Shown here one piece after another: positions 36,810 to 46,090 of a stretch of DNA of 64,000 nt. The stretch is from Candidatus Eremiobacteria bacterium. Its GTDB lineage: Bacteria; Vulcanimicrobiota; Vulcanimicrobiia; Vulcanimicrobiales; Vulcanimicrobiaceae. The notes under the pieces are model-generated. The model worked only from the letters and a program-made list of their open reading frames with translations. It searched no databases and was not told where the DNA came from. Location: assembly GCA_963758295.1 (NCBI GenBank), contig CAVWUU010000001.1, positions 736,001 through 800,000 of the forward strand, given 5' to 3'. The position numbers and the translations under genes were made by a program. Every line of letters begins with the position of its first letter. Position 1 is the stretch's first letter.

Positions 36810-37517
36810 TTAACGTCGCGTGTGGAACGCGATGTCGTCGTACGTGGCCGAGAATGGGAACGCGAGATAGGCCAACACAATTGCGCGAACCGCGGCACTG
36901 ACGAGATTGAGAACCGTTTCGTTCGTGAAGAATTGGACGAGATACTGGACGAGATAAGCCGGAAGCAGTACGAAGACCAACACGAAAACAACGGCGAGAA
37001 GGAGGCACGCGAGCGGATTCGCGCGCACGGCGCGAATCGATCCTGAGATTGCGAGACCGCCCGGTAATCCGCCGATCGCCGCAGCCGGAATCGTGAGGAT
37101 CAGGAAAAAGTATGCTACGAGTTGTAGGACAAAGCCGACCGTCTGGCCGAGGATGCTCCCGATGTAGGCAGCGACCCAGACGATGAATTGAAAGCCGATC
37201 GCCGCCAGAATGATCCCACCGGCTTTTCGCTTTGCCTCTTCCCACGCGTCATCGAAATTCGAGCGGTATCCGCGCTGAATGTTGTTCGCTTGAATGACGG
37301 CGACGCCGAAAGCGAAGAGATAAACGATCTGTACGATCATGCCGAAGATTCCGCTGGCGAATCCGCCAAGCGGATCGGTAAAGGCACCGCTCCAGCGGGA
37401 AACCGCCATGTCGATTACCGCTGCAAGTAGAGGCATCGCCAAAATCGAGGGATGGCGAACGAGCGCGGGCAGCGCCCGAACGTACGGAAGTAGATCGATG
37501 CGCCGCCCGGATCTCAT
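36810..37517 (-). CDS. Hypothetical multi-pass membrane protein
   Basis: About six hydrophobic segments; starts 3 nt after the mtnP stop. Confidence 0.8.
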   Translation of the reverse strand: MRSGRRIDLLPYVRALPALVRHPSILAMPLLAAVIDMAVSRWSGAFTDPLGGFASGIFGMIVQIVYLFAFGVAVIQANNIQRGYRSNFDDAWEEAKRKAGGIILAAIGFQFIVWVAAYIGSILGQTVGFVLQLVAYFFLILTIPAAAIGGLPGGLAISGSIRAVRANPLACLLLAVVFVLVFVLLPAYLVQYLVQFFTNETVLNLVSAAVRAIVLAYLAFPFSATYDDIAFHTRR

Positions 37518-37520
37518 TTG

Positions 37521-38318
37521 TTAACCACGTGCTCCTTGAAGGGCGTGATGGCACGAGCAATCGGCATTGAGATCGATCTTCGAAACGATCGTGCCGATCG
37601 CGTTCTTCACGCGGTCGTTATTGGCTTTGAAGACTTCCATCACTTCATGATGCGACACCGGCGCAATGCCTTCGATGCCGACGTCGTAATCGGTGATAAG
37701 CGAGATGTTCACAAAACAGATCTCCGCTTCGCGTGCGAGATACGCTTCGGGGTACTGCGTCATGTTGATGACTTCCCAGCCCTGGCTCTGGAACCACTGC
37801 GATTCGGAACGCGTTGAGAAGCGCGGCCCTTGAATGACCACGACCGTGCCGCGTTCATGCGTCTCGATGTTCAGCGATTTGAGCGACTCCACGGCGATCG
37901 GACGCAGCGTCGGGCAGTACGGGTCGGCGAAGCTCACGTGCGTCGTGACGGGACCGTCGAAGAATGTGTCCTTCCGTCCGCTCGTGCGGTCGACGAGCTG
38001 GTCGCACACCACCATCGAGCCGGGCTTCACTGCTTTCTTCAGCGAGCCGCAGGCATTGGGCGCAATGATGAATTTCACGCCGAGCATCTTCATCGCCCAA
38101 ATGTTTGCGCGATAGTTGATCGATTGCGGCGGGAAGCGATGATCCTTGCCGTGACGCGGAAGAAACGCCACTTTCTTGCCGGCGATTTCGCCCAGAGCGA
38201 TTTTATCGCTTGGCGCTCCGTAGGGCGTCTCGATCCAAACTTCACGGGCGTTTTCGATGAGCGAATAAAAGCCCGAGCCGCCAAAAACGCCGATGTCGGC
38301 GCGTTCTGTAGTCTCCAT
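37521..38318 (-). CDS. mtnP: S-methyl-5'-thioadenosine phosphorylase
   Basis: GVFGGSG, TPYGAPS, LPRHG, INYRANIWA, GPRFSTRSES, INMT, TDYD. Confidence 0.93.
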   Translation of the reverse strand: METTERADIGVFGGSGFYSLIENAREVWIETPYGAPSDKIALGEIAGKKVAFLPRHGKDHRFPPQSINYRANIWAMKMLGVKFIIAPNACGSLKKAVKPGSMVVCDQLVDRTSGRKDTFFDGPVTTHVSFADPYCPTLRPIAVESLKSLNIETHERGTVVVIQGPRFSTRSESQWFQSQGWEVINMTQYPEAYLAREAEICFVNISLITDYDVGIEGIAPVSHHEVMEVFKANNDRVKNAIGTIVSKIDLNADCSCHHALQGARG

Positions 38319-38423
38319 AATCTCCTTCGAGTGCGGCCGTGACGTCCCACGGGCACTCCACGTGACAATCTGACCTGGGCCTCGTTCGAGGTGCCGTTTG
38401 TCTCCCCTCGGAAATTACGCCCG

Positions 38424-40001
38424 ATGGGCCGTCAAATCGTTGCCGTAATGCTGCTAATGTCGCTGATTGCCTGCGCGCACACCGCGCAGCAGCCGGGCGC
38501 CGGAGGCCGGCACCCGTGGACGGTTCCGCACGTGCTGCGCGTTGCAGATATCGCCGATCCCGACCACCTCAATCCCTACCTTTCCACGATGGACGTAACG
38601 TACGACCTCGCGTCGCTGATATATTCGTATCTGATTATCAGCGACGATCGCGGGAAGCTTGTCGGCGATCTGGCGACGGCGGTTCCTACTCGCGCCAACG
38701 GCGGCATCTCGCCCGACGGCCGAACGTACACGTATTACCTGCGGCGCGGCGTGCTCTGGCACGACGGCGTTCGGTTCACGTCGCGCGACGTCAAAGCGTC
38801 TTGGCGGGCCGTGGTCGATTCAAAAAACAATACGTTGCATCGCGAGGGCTTCGATCGAATCAGTTCTATCGATACCCCGGACGACTACACGGCAGTGGTG
38901 CATTTGCGCGAGCCGTATGCGCCGTTTGTTTCGCAGTTCTTCGCGCCGTTGCAAGAGGGTGGCAAACCGGTTTTACCGGCACACGTCCTGACGCGTGAAT
39001 CGGATTTCAATGCGGGCGAACTCGCAACGCATCCGATCGGCACGGGGCCGTTTCAATTCGTCTCATGGCATCGCGGCGACCGGATCGTGTTGGAACGGTT
39101 TCCCCGATACTTCAAGGGCGAGCCGAAACTCGAACGCATCGAGCTGCTCATTCTGCCGAACGACAACACGATGCTCGATCAAACGGAAACGCATGGCGTC
39201 GATCTCGTCATCGCGCCCCCGCAAGCGCAAATCGATTCGTACCGGCATATCCCCGGTGTCGTCACTGAATTTGCGCCGTGGAACGCTCAGGCGGTGCTCG
39301 TCTTCAACGCGCGCAAACCGGCGCTTCACGACGCCGCCGTCCGGCGCGCCATTGCCTACGCGATCGACAAACCGGCCCTAATCGAGAAAATCTCGCACGG
39401 CGTTGGTGAAGAAGCATACAACAGTCTGCCCACAACGGCGCTTGGCTACGAACGCTTGCAGCCGTATGCCTACGATCCGCGCAAGAGTCTAAAGCTACTG
39501 CAAAATAGACACGTGAGCTTTACGCTCGCCACGATTGCCGGCGGTGCGACGCTGCAAAGTCTCGCGCTAGCGATGCAGTCCGAACTGCACGCCGTAGGGA
39601 TCGACGTGGCGATCAAGCTCTATCCGTACGACACGATTTTTTCGCTCGATGGCCCGATCTACCGGGGAACGTACGACGCCGCCGTTTACAGCACGACGTT
39701 AAACTGGGACCCCAACGTCCTGGACTACTTGGGATGCGCGCAGTGGTATCCGAAGGGCGAGAACGTCTACGGGTACTGCAATCCGTCCCTCGATAAACTG
39801 GAGCAGGCCGGCCTCCAAGCAAGCGATCTTAAAAAACGGGCCGGCATTTATCGCTCGGCGGCGCAAATTATCTGGAACGACTTGCCCTACTATCCGCTCT
39901 ACCAGTACCGGCGCACCATCGTTCGCAACTCGGACCTCAAAAACTACACCGTCAATCCAACGTCGACGCCATGGTGGAACGCGTGGCAATGGGATATTTG
40001 A
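38424..40001 (+). CDS. Peptide/nickel ABC transporter substrate-binding lipoprotein (family 5), no permease nearby
   Basis: Lipobox LIAC, SPDGRTYTYYLR, WHDG, PIGTGPF, VRRAIAYAID. Confidence 0.9.
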   Translation: MGRQIVAVMLLMSLIACAHTAQQPGAGGRHPWTVPHVLRVADIADPDHLNPYLSTMDVTYDLASLIYSYLIISDDRGKLVGDLATAVPTRANGGISPDGRTYTYYLRRGVLWHDGVRFTSRDVKASWRAVVDSKNNTLHREGFDRISSIDTPDDYTAVVHLREPYAPFVSQFFAPLQEGGKPVLPAHVLTRESDFNAGELATHPIGTGPFQFVSWHRGDRIVLERFPRYFKGEPKLERIELLILPNDNTMLDQTETHGVDLVIAPPQAQIDSYRHIPGVVTEFAPWNAQAVLVFNARKPALHDAAVRRAIAYAIDKPALIEKISHGVGEEAYNSLPTTALGYERLQPYAYDPRKSLKLLQNRHVSFTLATIAGGATLQSLALAMQSELHAVGIDVAIKLYPYDTIFSLDGPIYRGTYDAAVYSTTLNWDPNVLDYLGCAQWYPKGENVYGYCNPSLDKLEQAGLQASDLKKRAGIYRSAAQIIWNDLPYYPLYQYRRTIVRNSDLKNYTVNPTSTPWWNAWQWDI

Positions 40002-40027
40002 GGCAGCCGACGAAGGGTGTCGCGGCT

Positions 40028-40549
40028 ATGAATCCCAGAGTTGCAGTTACCGCCGCGCTCCTCTTCGCAGCCGCGGCCATCCCAGCCGGCGTTCGTGCCG
40101 ACGTATCAACCGACGTCCAGACCCAACTCAAATCCGCCTATCAAAATCAGTGCAAGCTGATCCAAGATCAAAATTTTGACGGCTACGCAAAGACGCTCAC
40201 CGACGATTATTACACCAACGACTCGAGCGGAAAGAAAATTGTCAAGGCCGACGCCATCACGCAAATGAAGTCGACGGTTGCCTCGACCGCGATGAAGCCC
40301 GGCGAATGCGCGATCGACTTCACCGCTTCTACGCAATCCGGCAGCGACGTCACGGTGAACGCCCTTGTCGTTCAAACCGCGCAGGCGACGGTGCAAGGCA
40401 AAGAAATGCCGTTGCAGATTACGACCCGCGAGCTGGACACGTGGACAAATGCCGGCGGCGGTTGGCTGCAGAAAGCCTCGACGGTAAAAGGCCAAGTCGT
40501 AAAATCCGGCGACAAGATCATCGAGCAGGACGGATCCCTGGACCCTTAG
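40028..40549 (+). CDS. Secreted NTF2/SnoaL-like (DUF4440-like) protein
   Basis: Signal peptide ending VRA-D; LTDDY and DTW...GGW pattern. Confidence 0.65.
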   Translation: MNPRVAVTAALLFAAAAIPAGVRADVSTDVQTQLKSAYQNQCKLIQDQNFDGYAKTLTDDYYTNDSSGKKIVKADAITQMKSTVASTAMKPGECAIDFTASTQSGSDVTVNALVVQTAQATVQGKEMPLQITTRELDTWTNAGGGWLQKASTVKGQVVKSGDKIIEQDGSLDP

Positions 40550-40741
40550 TGCTTCTTGAACCCTATGCGGAAACAAGTCTCGAGTACTATATCCGCGGCA
40601 GCGTCGAGCTTCGGAATACGCAACGCAATGAAGGGCGCGCTCTTCGAACACTACGCGCTCTGTCGTTGCGGCAAATCGAAGAACAAGCCGTTCTGCGACG
40701 GCACCCACCGGTACGCGAAGTTTACGGACGAGGAGAACTAG
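40549..40741 (+). pseudogene. CDGSH iron-sulfur domain fragment with a +1 frameshift (remnant or sequence error)
   Basis: YIRGSVELRNTQRNEG in one frame and ALFEHYALCRCGKSKNKPFCDGTH in the next; removing one G from GGG at 40633-40635 joins them. Confidence 0.6.
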
Positions 40742-40750
40742 CGCGCGGCG

Positions 40751-41227
40751 CTAGCGATTGAAGTCGCTGGGCTTGAGCTCGTCGAGAAACTTTTTGAAGC
40801 GCGACAGCTCGGTTTCATCGATCGGCTTCTTATCCGGCGTCGCTTCTTCGAGGACGATTTTGTCCGACACGTAGATCGGCGTTTGCATGCGCAACGCGAG
40901 CGCGATGCCGTCGGAAGGACGCGCGTCGATTTCTTGCAACTCGCCATCCGATCGCACGATCAGCTTGGCGAAGAACGTCGAGTCTTTGATGTCGTGAATG
41001 ATGACCTGTTCGAGGCTTGCGTCCAGCGTTTCCAGGATGCTGCGCATCAGGTCGTGTGAGAGCGGGCGGGGCACCGGCGCGCCTTCCAGAGCCAAAGCGA
41101 TTGCAGTCGCCTCGAACGGCCCGATAAGGATCGGAAGGTAGTGCGATCCATCCATGTCCTTCAAGATCACTACCGGATCGTGGGTGAGCAGGTCGATTCC
41201 GAGTTTGTCGACCTTCATTTGGCGCAT
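40751..41227 (-). CDS. Bifunctional nuclease family protein (DUF151)
   Basis: LPILIGPFEATAI, RPLSHDL, IDARPSDGIALALR. Confidence 0.93.
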   Translation of the reverse strand: MRQMKVDKLGIDLLTHDPVVILKDMDGSHYLPILIGPFEATAIALALEGAPVPRPLSHDLMRSILETLDASLEQVIIHDIKDSTFFAKLIVRSDGELQEIDARPSDGIALALRMQTPIYVSDKIVLEEATPDKKPIDETELSRFKKFLDELKPSDFNR

Positions 41228-41311
41228 GGGGACCTATCCGACGTAGCCGGGGCATTATCTTGCCGATGCAGGCATGCATGTACCCCGCGGACGAACCGCT
41301 CCCCCTTCATC

Positions 41312-42406
41312 ATGGCACTTTCATGCGGTATCGTGGGCTTGCCCAACGTCGGCAAGTCCACCATTTTCAATGCTCTCACACGTTCCGCACAAGCGCTTGC
41401 GGCGAACTATCCCTTTGCTACGATAGAACCGAACGTCGGCGAAGTGCCCGTGCCCGACGAGCGGCTCGGCATCCTTCAGGAACTGGTTACCGGCGAACGC
41501 GTTGTCCCGGCGACCGTGCGATTTGTCGACATCGCCGGACTCGTTCGCGGCGCAAGCACGGGTGAAGGTCTCGGAAACGCTTTCCTTAGCCACATCCGCG
41601 AGACGGACGCAATTGCCATGGTGGTGCGCTGCTTCGAAGATGCAAACGTAACGCACGTAGAGGGCGATCCGGATCCAAAACGCGACATCGAAATCATTTC
41701 CATCGAACTTGCGCTCGCCGACCTTTCCACCATGCAAAAGCGCGTCGACAAACTCGAACGCGAAGCGCGGGCAAACCCGAAGCTGCGCGACCGCCTCCAA
41801 GCCGCAAAATCGGTAGTAGCAGCGCTCGAAGCGGGAAACCCGGCGCGCAGCTTTGCAGCTGATTCGCTCGAAGCGGAAGTTGCGCTCGAATCGTTCTTGC
41901 TTACCGCCAAGCCGCTGCTCTACGTCGCGAACGTCGACGAAGGCCAAATCGGAAATCCCGGACCGCTGGTGAAGGCCGTTGAGGAGGTTGCTACGGCCGA
42001 AGGCAGCCGCGTCGTCATGCTATCGGGCAAAATCGAGTCCGAGCTCGCCGGCCTGTCGGATGAAGAGGCACGCGAGTTCTGCGCCGAGCTGGGCATCGAA
42101 CGCAGTGGGCTCGACGAGCTGGCGCTTACCGCATACGACATGCTCGGGCTCATGACGTTCCTTACCGCAGGCGAAAAAGAAGTGCGCGCATGGACGATTA
42201 CCAAGGGCTCGAAAGCGCCGCAAGCAGCCGGCAAAATCCACAGCGATATCGAGCGAGGGTTTATTCGCGCAGAGATCGTTTCGTATGGCGATTACGTCGC
42301 ACTTAAGACCATGGACGCGCTCCGGGCTGCCGGAAAAGTCAGAAGCGAAGGCAAGGAATACATCATGCAAGAGGGCGATGTTGTGAATTTTCGCTTCAAC
42401 GTGTAG
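41312..42406 (+). CDS. ychF: Redox-regulated ATPase YchF
   Basis: GIVGLPNVGKST, ANYPFATIEPN, DIAGLVRGAS, GFIRAE, C-terminal FRFNV. Confidence 0.97.
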   Translation: MALSCGIVGLPNVGKSTIFNALTRSAQALAANYPFATIEPNVGEVPVPDERLGILQELVTGERVVPATVRFVDIAGLVRGASTGEGLGNAFLSHIRETDAIAMVVRCFEDANVTHVEGDPDPKRDIEIISIELALADLSTMQKRVDKLEREARANPKLRDRLQAAKSVVAALEAGNPARSFAADSLEAEVALESFLLTAKPLLYVANVDEGQIGNPGPLVKAVEEVATAEGSRVVMLSGKIESELAGLSDEEAREFCAELGIERSGLDELALTAYDMLGLMTFLTAGEKEVRAWTITKGSKAPQAAGKIHSDIERGFIRAEIVSYGDYVALKTMDALRAAGKVRSEGKEYIMQEGDVVNFRFNV

Positions 42407-42469
42407 GGGGAAGCGAGGTTTCTCAAGTAGTGGGTAGGGTTTGAACTCCGCCGGAGGCTTTTTCTCTCT

Positions 42470-43729
42470 ATGACCACTGCAGTGCGCGAGGTCTCGGTTT
42501 TTGGAGACGGTATCGCCTATTTCAACGAGGCAGCCGATCTTCTTCAACTCGATTCCGGAATGCGCCGAATTCTGACGCATCCGTCGCGTCAAATTATCTT
42601 CTCGATCCCCTTTCAACGCGATAGCGGCGAATTCGAAGTTTATACCGGCTACCGCGTGCAGTACAATTTCGCTCGCGGCCCCGCAAAGGGCGGCATTCGC
42701 TTCCATCCCGGCGTCACGCTGGATGAAGTGACGGCGCTGGCGTTTTGGATGACGTGGAAATGCGCCGTCGTTGACCTGCCTTTCGGCGGTGGTAAAGGCG
42801 GCGTCACTTGCGATCCGTCGACGCTTTCCCAAAACGAACTCGAACGAATCACGCGCCGTTACGCCGCGGAGCTCGTCGAAGTCGTCGGTCCGGACAAAGA
42901 CGTTCCGGCCCCCGACGTAAACACGACGCCGCAGGTGATGGCATGGTTTATGGATACGTACTCGATGCACGTTCGTCAGAACGTTCCGGGTGTCGTTACC
43001 GGTAAGCCGCTGGAAATCGGCGGTTCGCGCGGACGCGTCGAAGCGACGGGCCGTGGCGTAACGATCTGCGCGCTCGATGAAATGAATCAACTCGGTATGA
43101 ATCCCGAGCAGGCGCGCGTCGTGATCCAAGGCTTCGGTAACGTCGGCCTCTACGCGGCGAAACTCTTCGCCGAGCGCGGCTGCAAAGTCGTCGGTATTTC
43201 CGACGTCACGGGCGCGTATTACAACGACAAGGGGCTCGACATTCTCTCCGCAGTGGAACACACCGCGAAGCACCGGAATCTCGAGGGCTTCAAAGGCGGA
43301 GACAAGATCAGCAACGGCGAGCTGCTTACGAGCGAGTGCGACGTCCTCGTGCCGGCCGCGCTCGAAAAAGTCTTCACGAGCGAAAACGCCTCTAAGGTCA
43401 AAGCGAAGCTCATCGTTGAAGGCGCGAACGGCCCCACGACTCCGGAAGCCGATCGCATTTTCCAGCAAAACGGCATCGTCGTCATCCCCGACATCATGGC
43501 GAACGCCGGCGGCGTCACGGTTTCGTACTTCGAATGGGCACAAGACCGCATGGGCTACTTCTGGAAGGAATCCGAAGTCAACGAGCGCCTCGAAGAGACG
43601 CTGCTCTCCAATCTCGGCGAACTGCGCGCAATCAAGAACGCCCGCAGCACCACGTTCCGCACCGCCGCTTACGCGCTCGCCATCGACCGCGTCGTCAAGG
43701 CGCTCAAGCTGCGCGGCATTTACGCGTAA
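42470..43729 (+). CDS. gdhA: Glu/Leu/Phe/Val dehydrogenase, probably glutamate dehydrogenase
   Basis: GPAKGGIRF, MTWKCA, GGGKGG, DVPAPD, QGFGNVG, EGANGP, NAGGVTVSYFEW. Confidence 0.92.
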   Translation: MTTAVREVSVFGDGIAYFNEAADLLQLDSGMRRILTHPSRQIIFSIPFQRDSGEFEVYTGYRVQYNFARGPAKGGIRFHPGVTLDEVTALAFWMTWKCAVVDLPFGGGKGGVTCDPSTLSQNELERITRRYAAELVEVVGPDKDVPAPDVNTTPQVMAWFMDTYSMHVRQNVPGVVTGKPLEIGGSRGRVEATGRGVTICALDEMNQLGMNPEQARVVIQGFGNVGLYAAKLFAERGCKVVGISDVTGAYYNDKGLDILSAVEHTAKHRNLEGFKGGDKISNGELLTSECDVLVPAALEKVFTSENASKVKAKLIVEGANGPTTPEADRIFQQNGIVVIPDIMANAGGVTVSYFEWAQDRMGYFWKESEVNERLEETLLSNLGELRAIKNARSTTFRTAAYALAIDRVVKALKLRGIYA

Positions 43730-43747
43730 GCCTAAAGCCCGCAAATG

Positions 43748-43782
43748 AAGACGGCCGCTCTTGAGAGCGGCCGTCTTATTTT
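43748..43782 (+). terminator. Intrinsic terminator after gdhA
   Basis: Perfect 13-bp stem AAGACGGCCGCTC-TTGA-GAGCGGCCGTCTT followed by ATTTT. Confidence 0.8.
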
Positions 43783-43795
43783 CGTTCGCGAACCA

Positions 43796-43971
43796 CGTCA
43801 TCCTGAGCCTGTCGAAGGGCAGACGCATCTCAGCACATGCTTTCGTGCAGCTCGTTTTGTTTGGCATGCCGTTAACGATTAGATGCGCCCCTGGTTCGAC
43901 AAGCTCACCATGACGGCACTTCGTCGTGAGTTTGTCGAAGGAAATTCGTCATCCTGAGCTTGTCGAAGGAC
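43796..43971. repeat. Cluster of four CGTC-tagged REP-like units: one inverted dimer (43796-43915) plus two direct copies
   Basis: CGTCATCCTGAGCCTGTCGAAGG (43796), inverted TTCGACAAGCTCACCATGACG (ends 43915), degenerate CGTCGTGAGTTTGTCGAAGGA (43922), CGTCATCCTGAGCTTGTCGAAGGAC (43947). Confidence 0.8.
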
Positions 43972-44004
43972 AAGCGCATCGCACCATCGCTCATATACTC
44001 GGGC

Positions 44005-44328
44005 CTAAAATTGTAACTGCTCGGAAATAGGCTCCGTAGGTAAGTCTGCGCTTTTCCAGGCGGCGTAGCCGCCCTCGAGGGCGCGGGCGTTGTAGCCGCG
44101 TTCGCGGAGTTCTTCGGCGAGGACGCTGCACGAATTGCCGCTGCCGCAATATAAGACGATGTTGTCGTTGAAGTGGAACGGAACGAATTCAGCGCTGGAA
44201 AGAGCCTCGGCGTCGTAGCGTTCGGAGCCCGGGATTTGGCGGTCGTCGGGCTTTTTGCGAATATCGATGATTCGTACTTTACCCGCGTCGCGCGAGAGCG
44301 TTTCGGCGTCGATCTTCTCGTCCATCAT
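44005..44328 (-). CDS. Rhodanese-like domain protein
   Basis: IIDIR, QIPGS, VLYCGSGNS, LEGGYAAW. Confidence 0.9.
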   Translation of the reverse strand: MMDEKIDAETLSRDAGKVRIIDIRKKPDDRQIPGSERYDAEALSSAEFVPFHFNDNIVLYCGSGNSCSVLAEELRERGYNARALEGGYAAWKSADLPTEPISEQLQF

Positions 44329-44349
44329 TCAAGCGTACCATAAAAAGGA

Positions 44350-44387
44350 AACCAAAGAGCCGCGGCTTTTGCCGCGGCTCTTTGGTT
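44350..44387 (-). terminator. Intrinsic terminator after the GDSL lipoprotein gene
   Basis: Perfect 17-bp stem AACCAAAGAGCCGCGGC-TTTT-GCCGCGGCTCTTTGGTT, T-rich downstream on the minus strand. Confidence 0.8.
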
Positions 44388-44403
44388 CTCGGAACGCCGG
44401 ACG

Positions 44404-46072
44404 CTAATGCGGTGCGTACGGATCCGGGATGCCAGGCGGGTTGTTTTGACCCGCACCGCTATAGATGGCTTGAACGTCCGATTCGGTCATCGGCGCAATG
44501 GTAGCGCCGTAGCCCTGATCGATCACGGCGATGAACGCCTGGGCGATCAGCGCGTAGCCGGTGTTCGACGGATGCAGGCCGTCGAAGCTCAACAAACCGC
44601 CGCCGAAAGTGAGCGTGCAGCACTTGCCGGGATTGACGCCCGCCGCCGCTTGGAAGAACGGGTTCGACGGGTTGCCGCTGGCGATACCGTTGAAAATCGA
44701 CGTGATGTCGACGAGCGGAACTTTGTTCGCCGTTGCAGCTGCGCCGATGGCGGCGTTCATCGTGTCGTTGTAGCTCTGCACTTGGGTCGCAAGCGCCGGC
44801 GTGATGTACAACTGCCCTAGTCCCGTTCCGGCGCCGTTCGGATTCAGGTTGATATTCGTCGGCGTTACGGCGCCGGTCGTGGGGTTAACGGCCTGCTGGA
44901 ACGCATCAAGCAAACCGGTTTCCGTAAGGTAGCCGCCGGTCGGCCCGAGGTTGTACGTCGTAACGATGTACGAAACGATCGCCGTTGCTGCCGCTTGCGC
45001 GTCGGTGATTGCGTTCGGGTCGCCGTGCGCGCCGTAGATGTTCGCAAGGACGGATTCATACACGCAGAACGCATAGGTTTGCACTTGGCATACCGCAGCG
45101 GACGGCGGAGTGTTCAGGCTGGCGAACTGCGGCGTTTCAAGAATGTTCGGAAGATTTGCGACGACGACTTTTGCCCCGACGCCTTGCAGCGAGATGATGA
45201 TCTTCGTCATGTCCGCTTGTATTTGCGAACCGCTCGTGTCGACGGTGCAGACACCGTTGATTAGGTGCGTGCTGTCGCCGCCGCAGAATTGGCCGGCGGA
45301 GAACGTGAACTTCAGCACGTCGTTCGCGCCGAGCCATACCGTTGCAAGCGTCGGACGAAGCGAGACGGCTGCGCTGAGTTCGGTAAGGTTGCTGCCCAGG
45401 TTTTGGAACTGGCCGAGCACCGGATAGAACAGCTCGCTTTCGCCGTTTACGATCGAGAGCAGGCCTTGCGCTGCAACCGGAATGTTCGGAATTGTCGAGC
45501 AGGTCGGGGAGATTGGATGCGTCATCGCGATTGCTTCATGCAAAGTGATGCCCGGAACGGCGACGTCCAGCGGAGTCCCCATCGGCTGCATGCGCGTCGA
45601 TTGATACGTCGTTGCGCCGTAGGCGGCTTGATCTTCAGCCTCGCACGAACTGGCCTTCGACGGCGCAAACGGCACCGGCGACGTGGGCGCAACGTTGACG
45701 AGCTGGTTGCCCAGTCCCGGTCCCGCGATCAGCGGAAGAACCGACGTTGTCGGGTTCGCCATCGCCACCCACGGCAGATTGTTCGCGCGCTGATAGATCG
45801 AGAGACCAGAAGCCTGATTCTTGGCCCGGGACGACGATCGGAATCACGGCTCCCGGATTGGGATTCGGAACCGCGGGGCTGATCTGGCCGAGCTGTCCGG
45901 CCGACTGCTCGCCGAACGTGAGACTGTCGCCTACGCCGACGATGCGGCTCGTGAGCGGTCCCGGCGACGTGATCGGCAGAGGCGCCGGCGTGTTGGTCGC
46001 GCCACCGCCGCTACATGCGGCGAGCGACGCCAGAGCAGCAACGGCGAGTAGTTTTTGCGTTGAGAATTTCAT
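44404..46072 (-). pseudogene. SGNH/GDSL-family lipolytic lipoprotein split by a +1 frameshift near 45800 (possibly a sequence error)
   Basis: 5' ORF has lipobox LAAC and GDSL; 3' ORF has VAVPG, WLGAND, DGLHP. FWSL continues as IYQRANN if one base is removed. Confidence 0.75.
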
Positions 46073-46090
46073 GGATGTGTAACCCTCGCC

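Noticed and set aside
42020..43867. 615-aa antisense ORF over gdhA (and similar ones such as 22698-23798, 718-1773 and 47019-48698)
   Set aside because: Typical shadow ORFs from high-GC codon bias; no recognisable motifs and they largely overlap confident genes.
43796..43971. Mini-CRISPR interpretation of the repeat cluster
   Set aside because: Units are in mixed orientation, unevenly spaced and degenerate, which fits REP elements.
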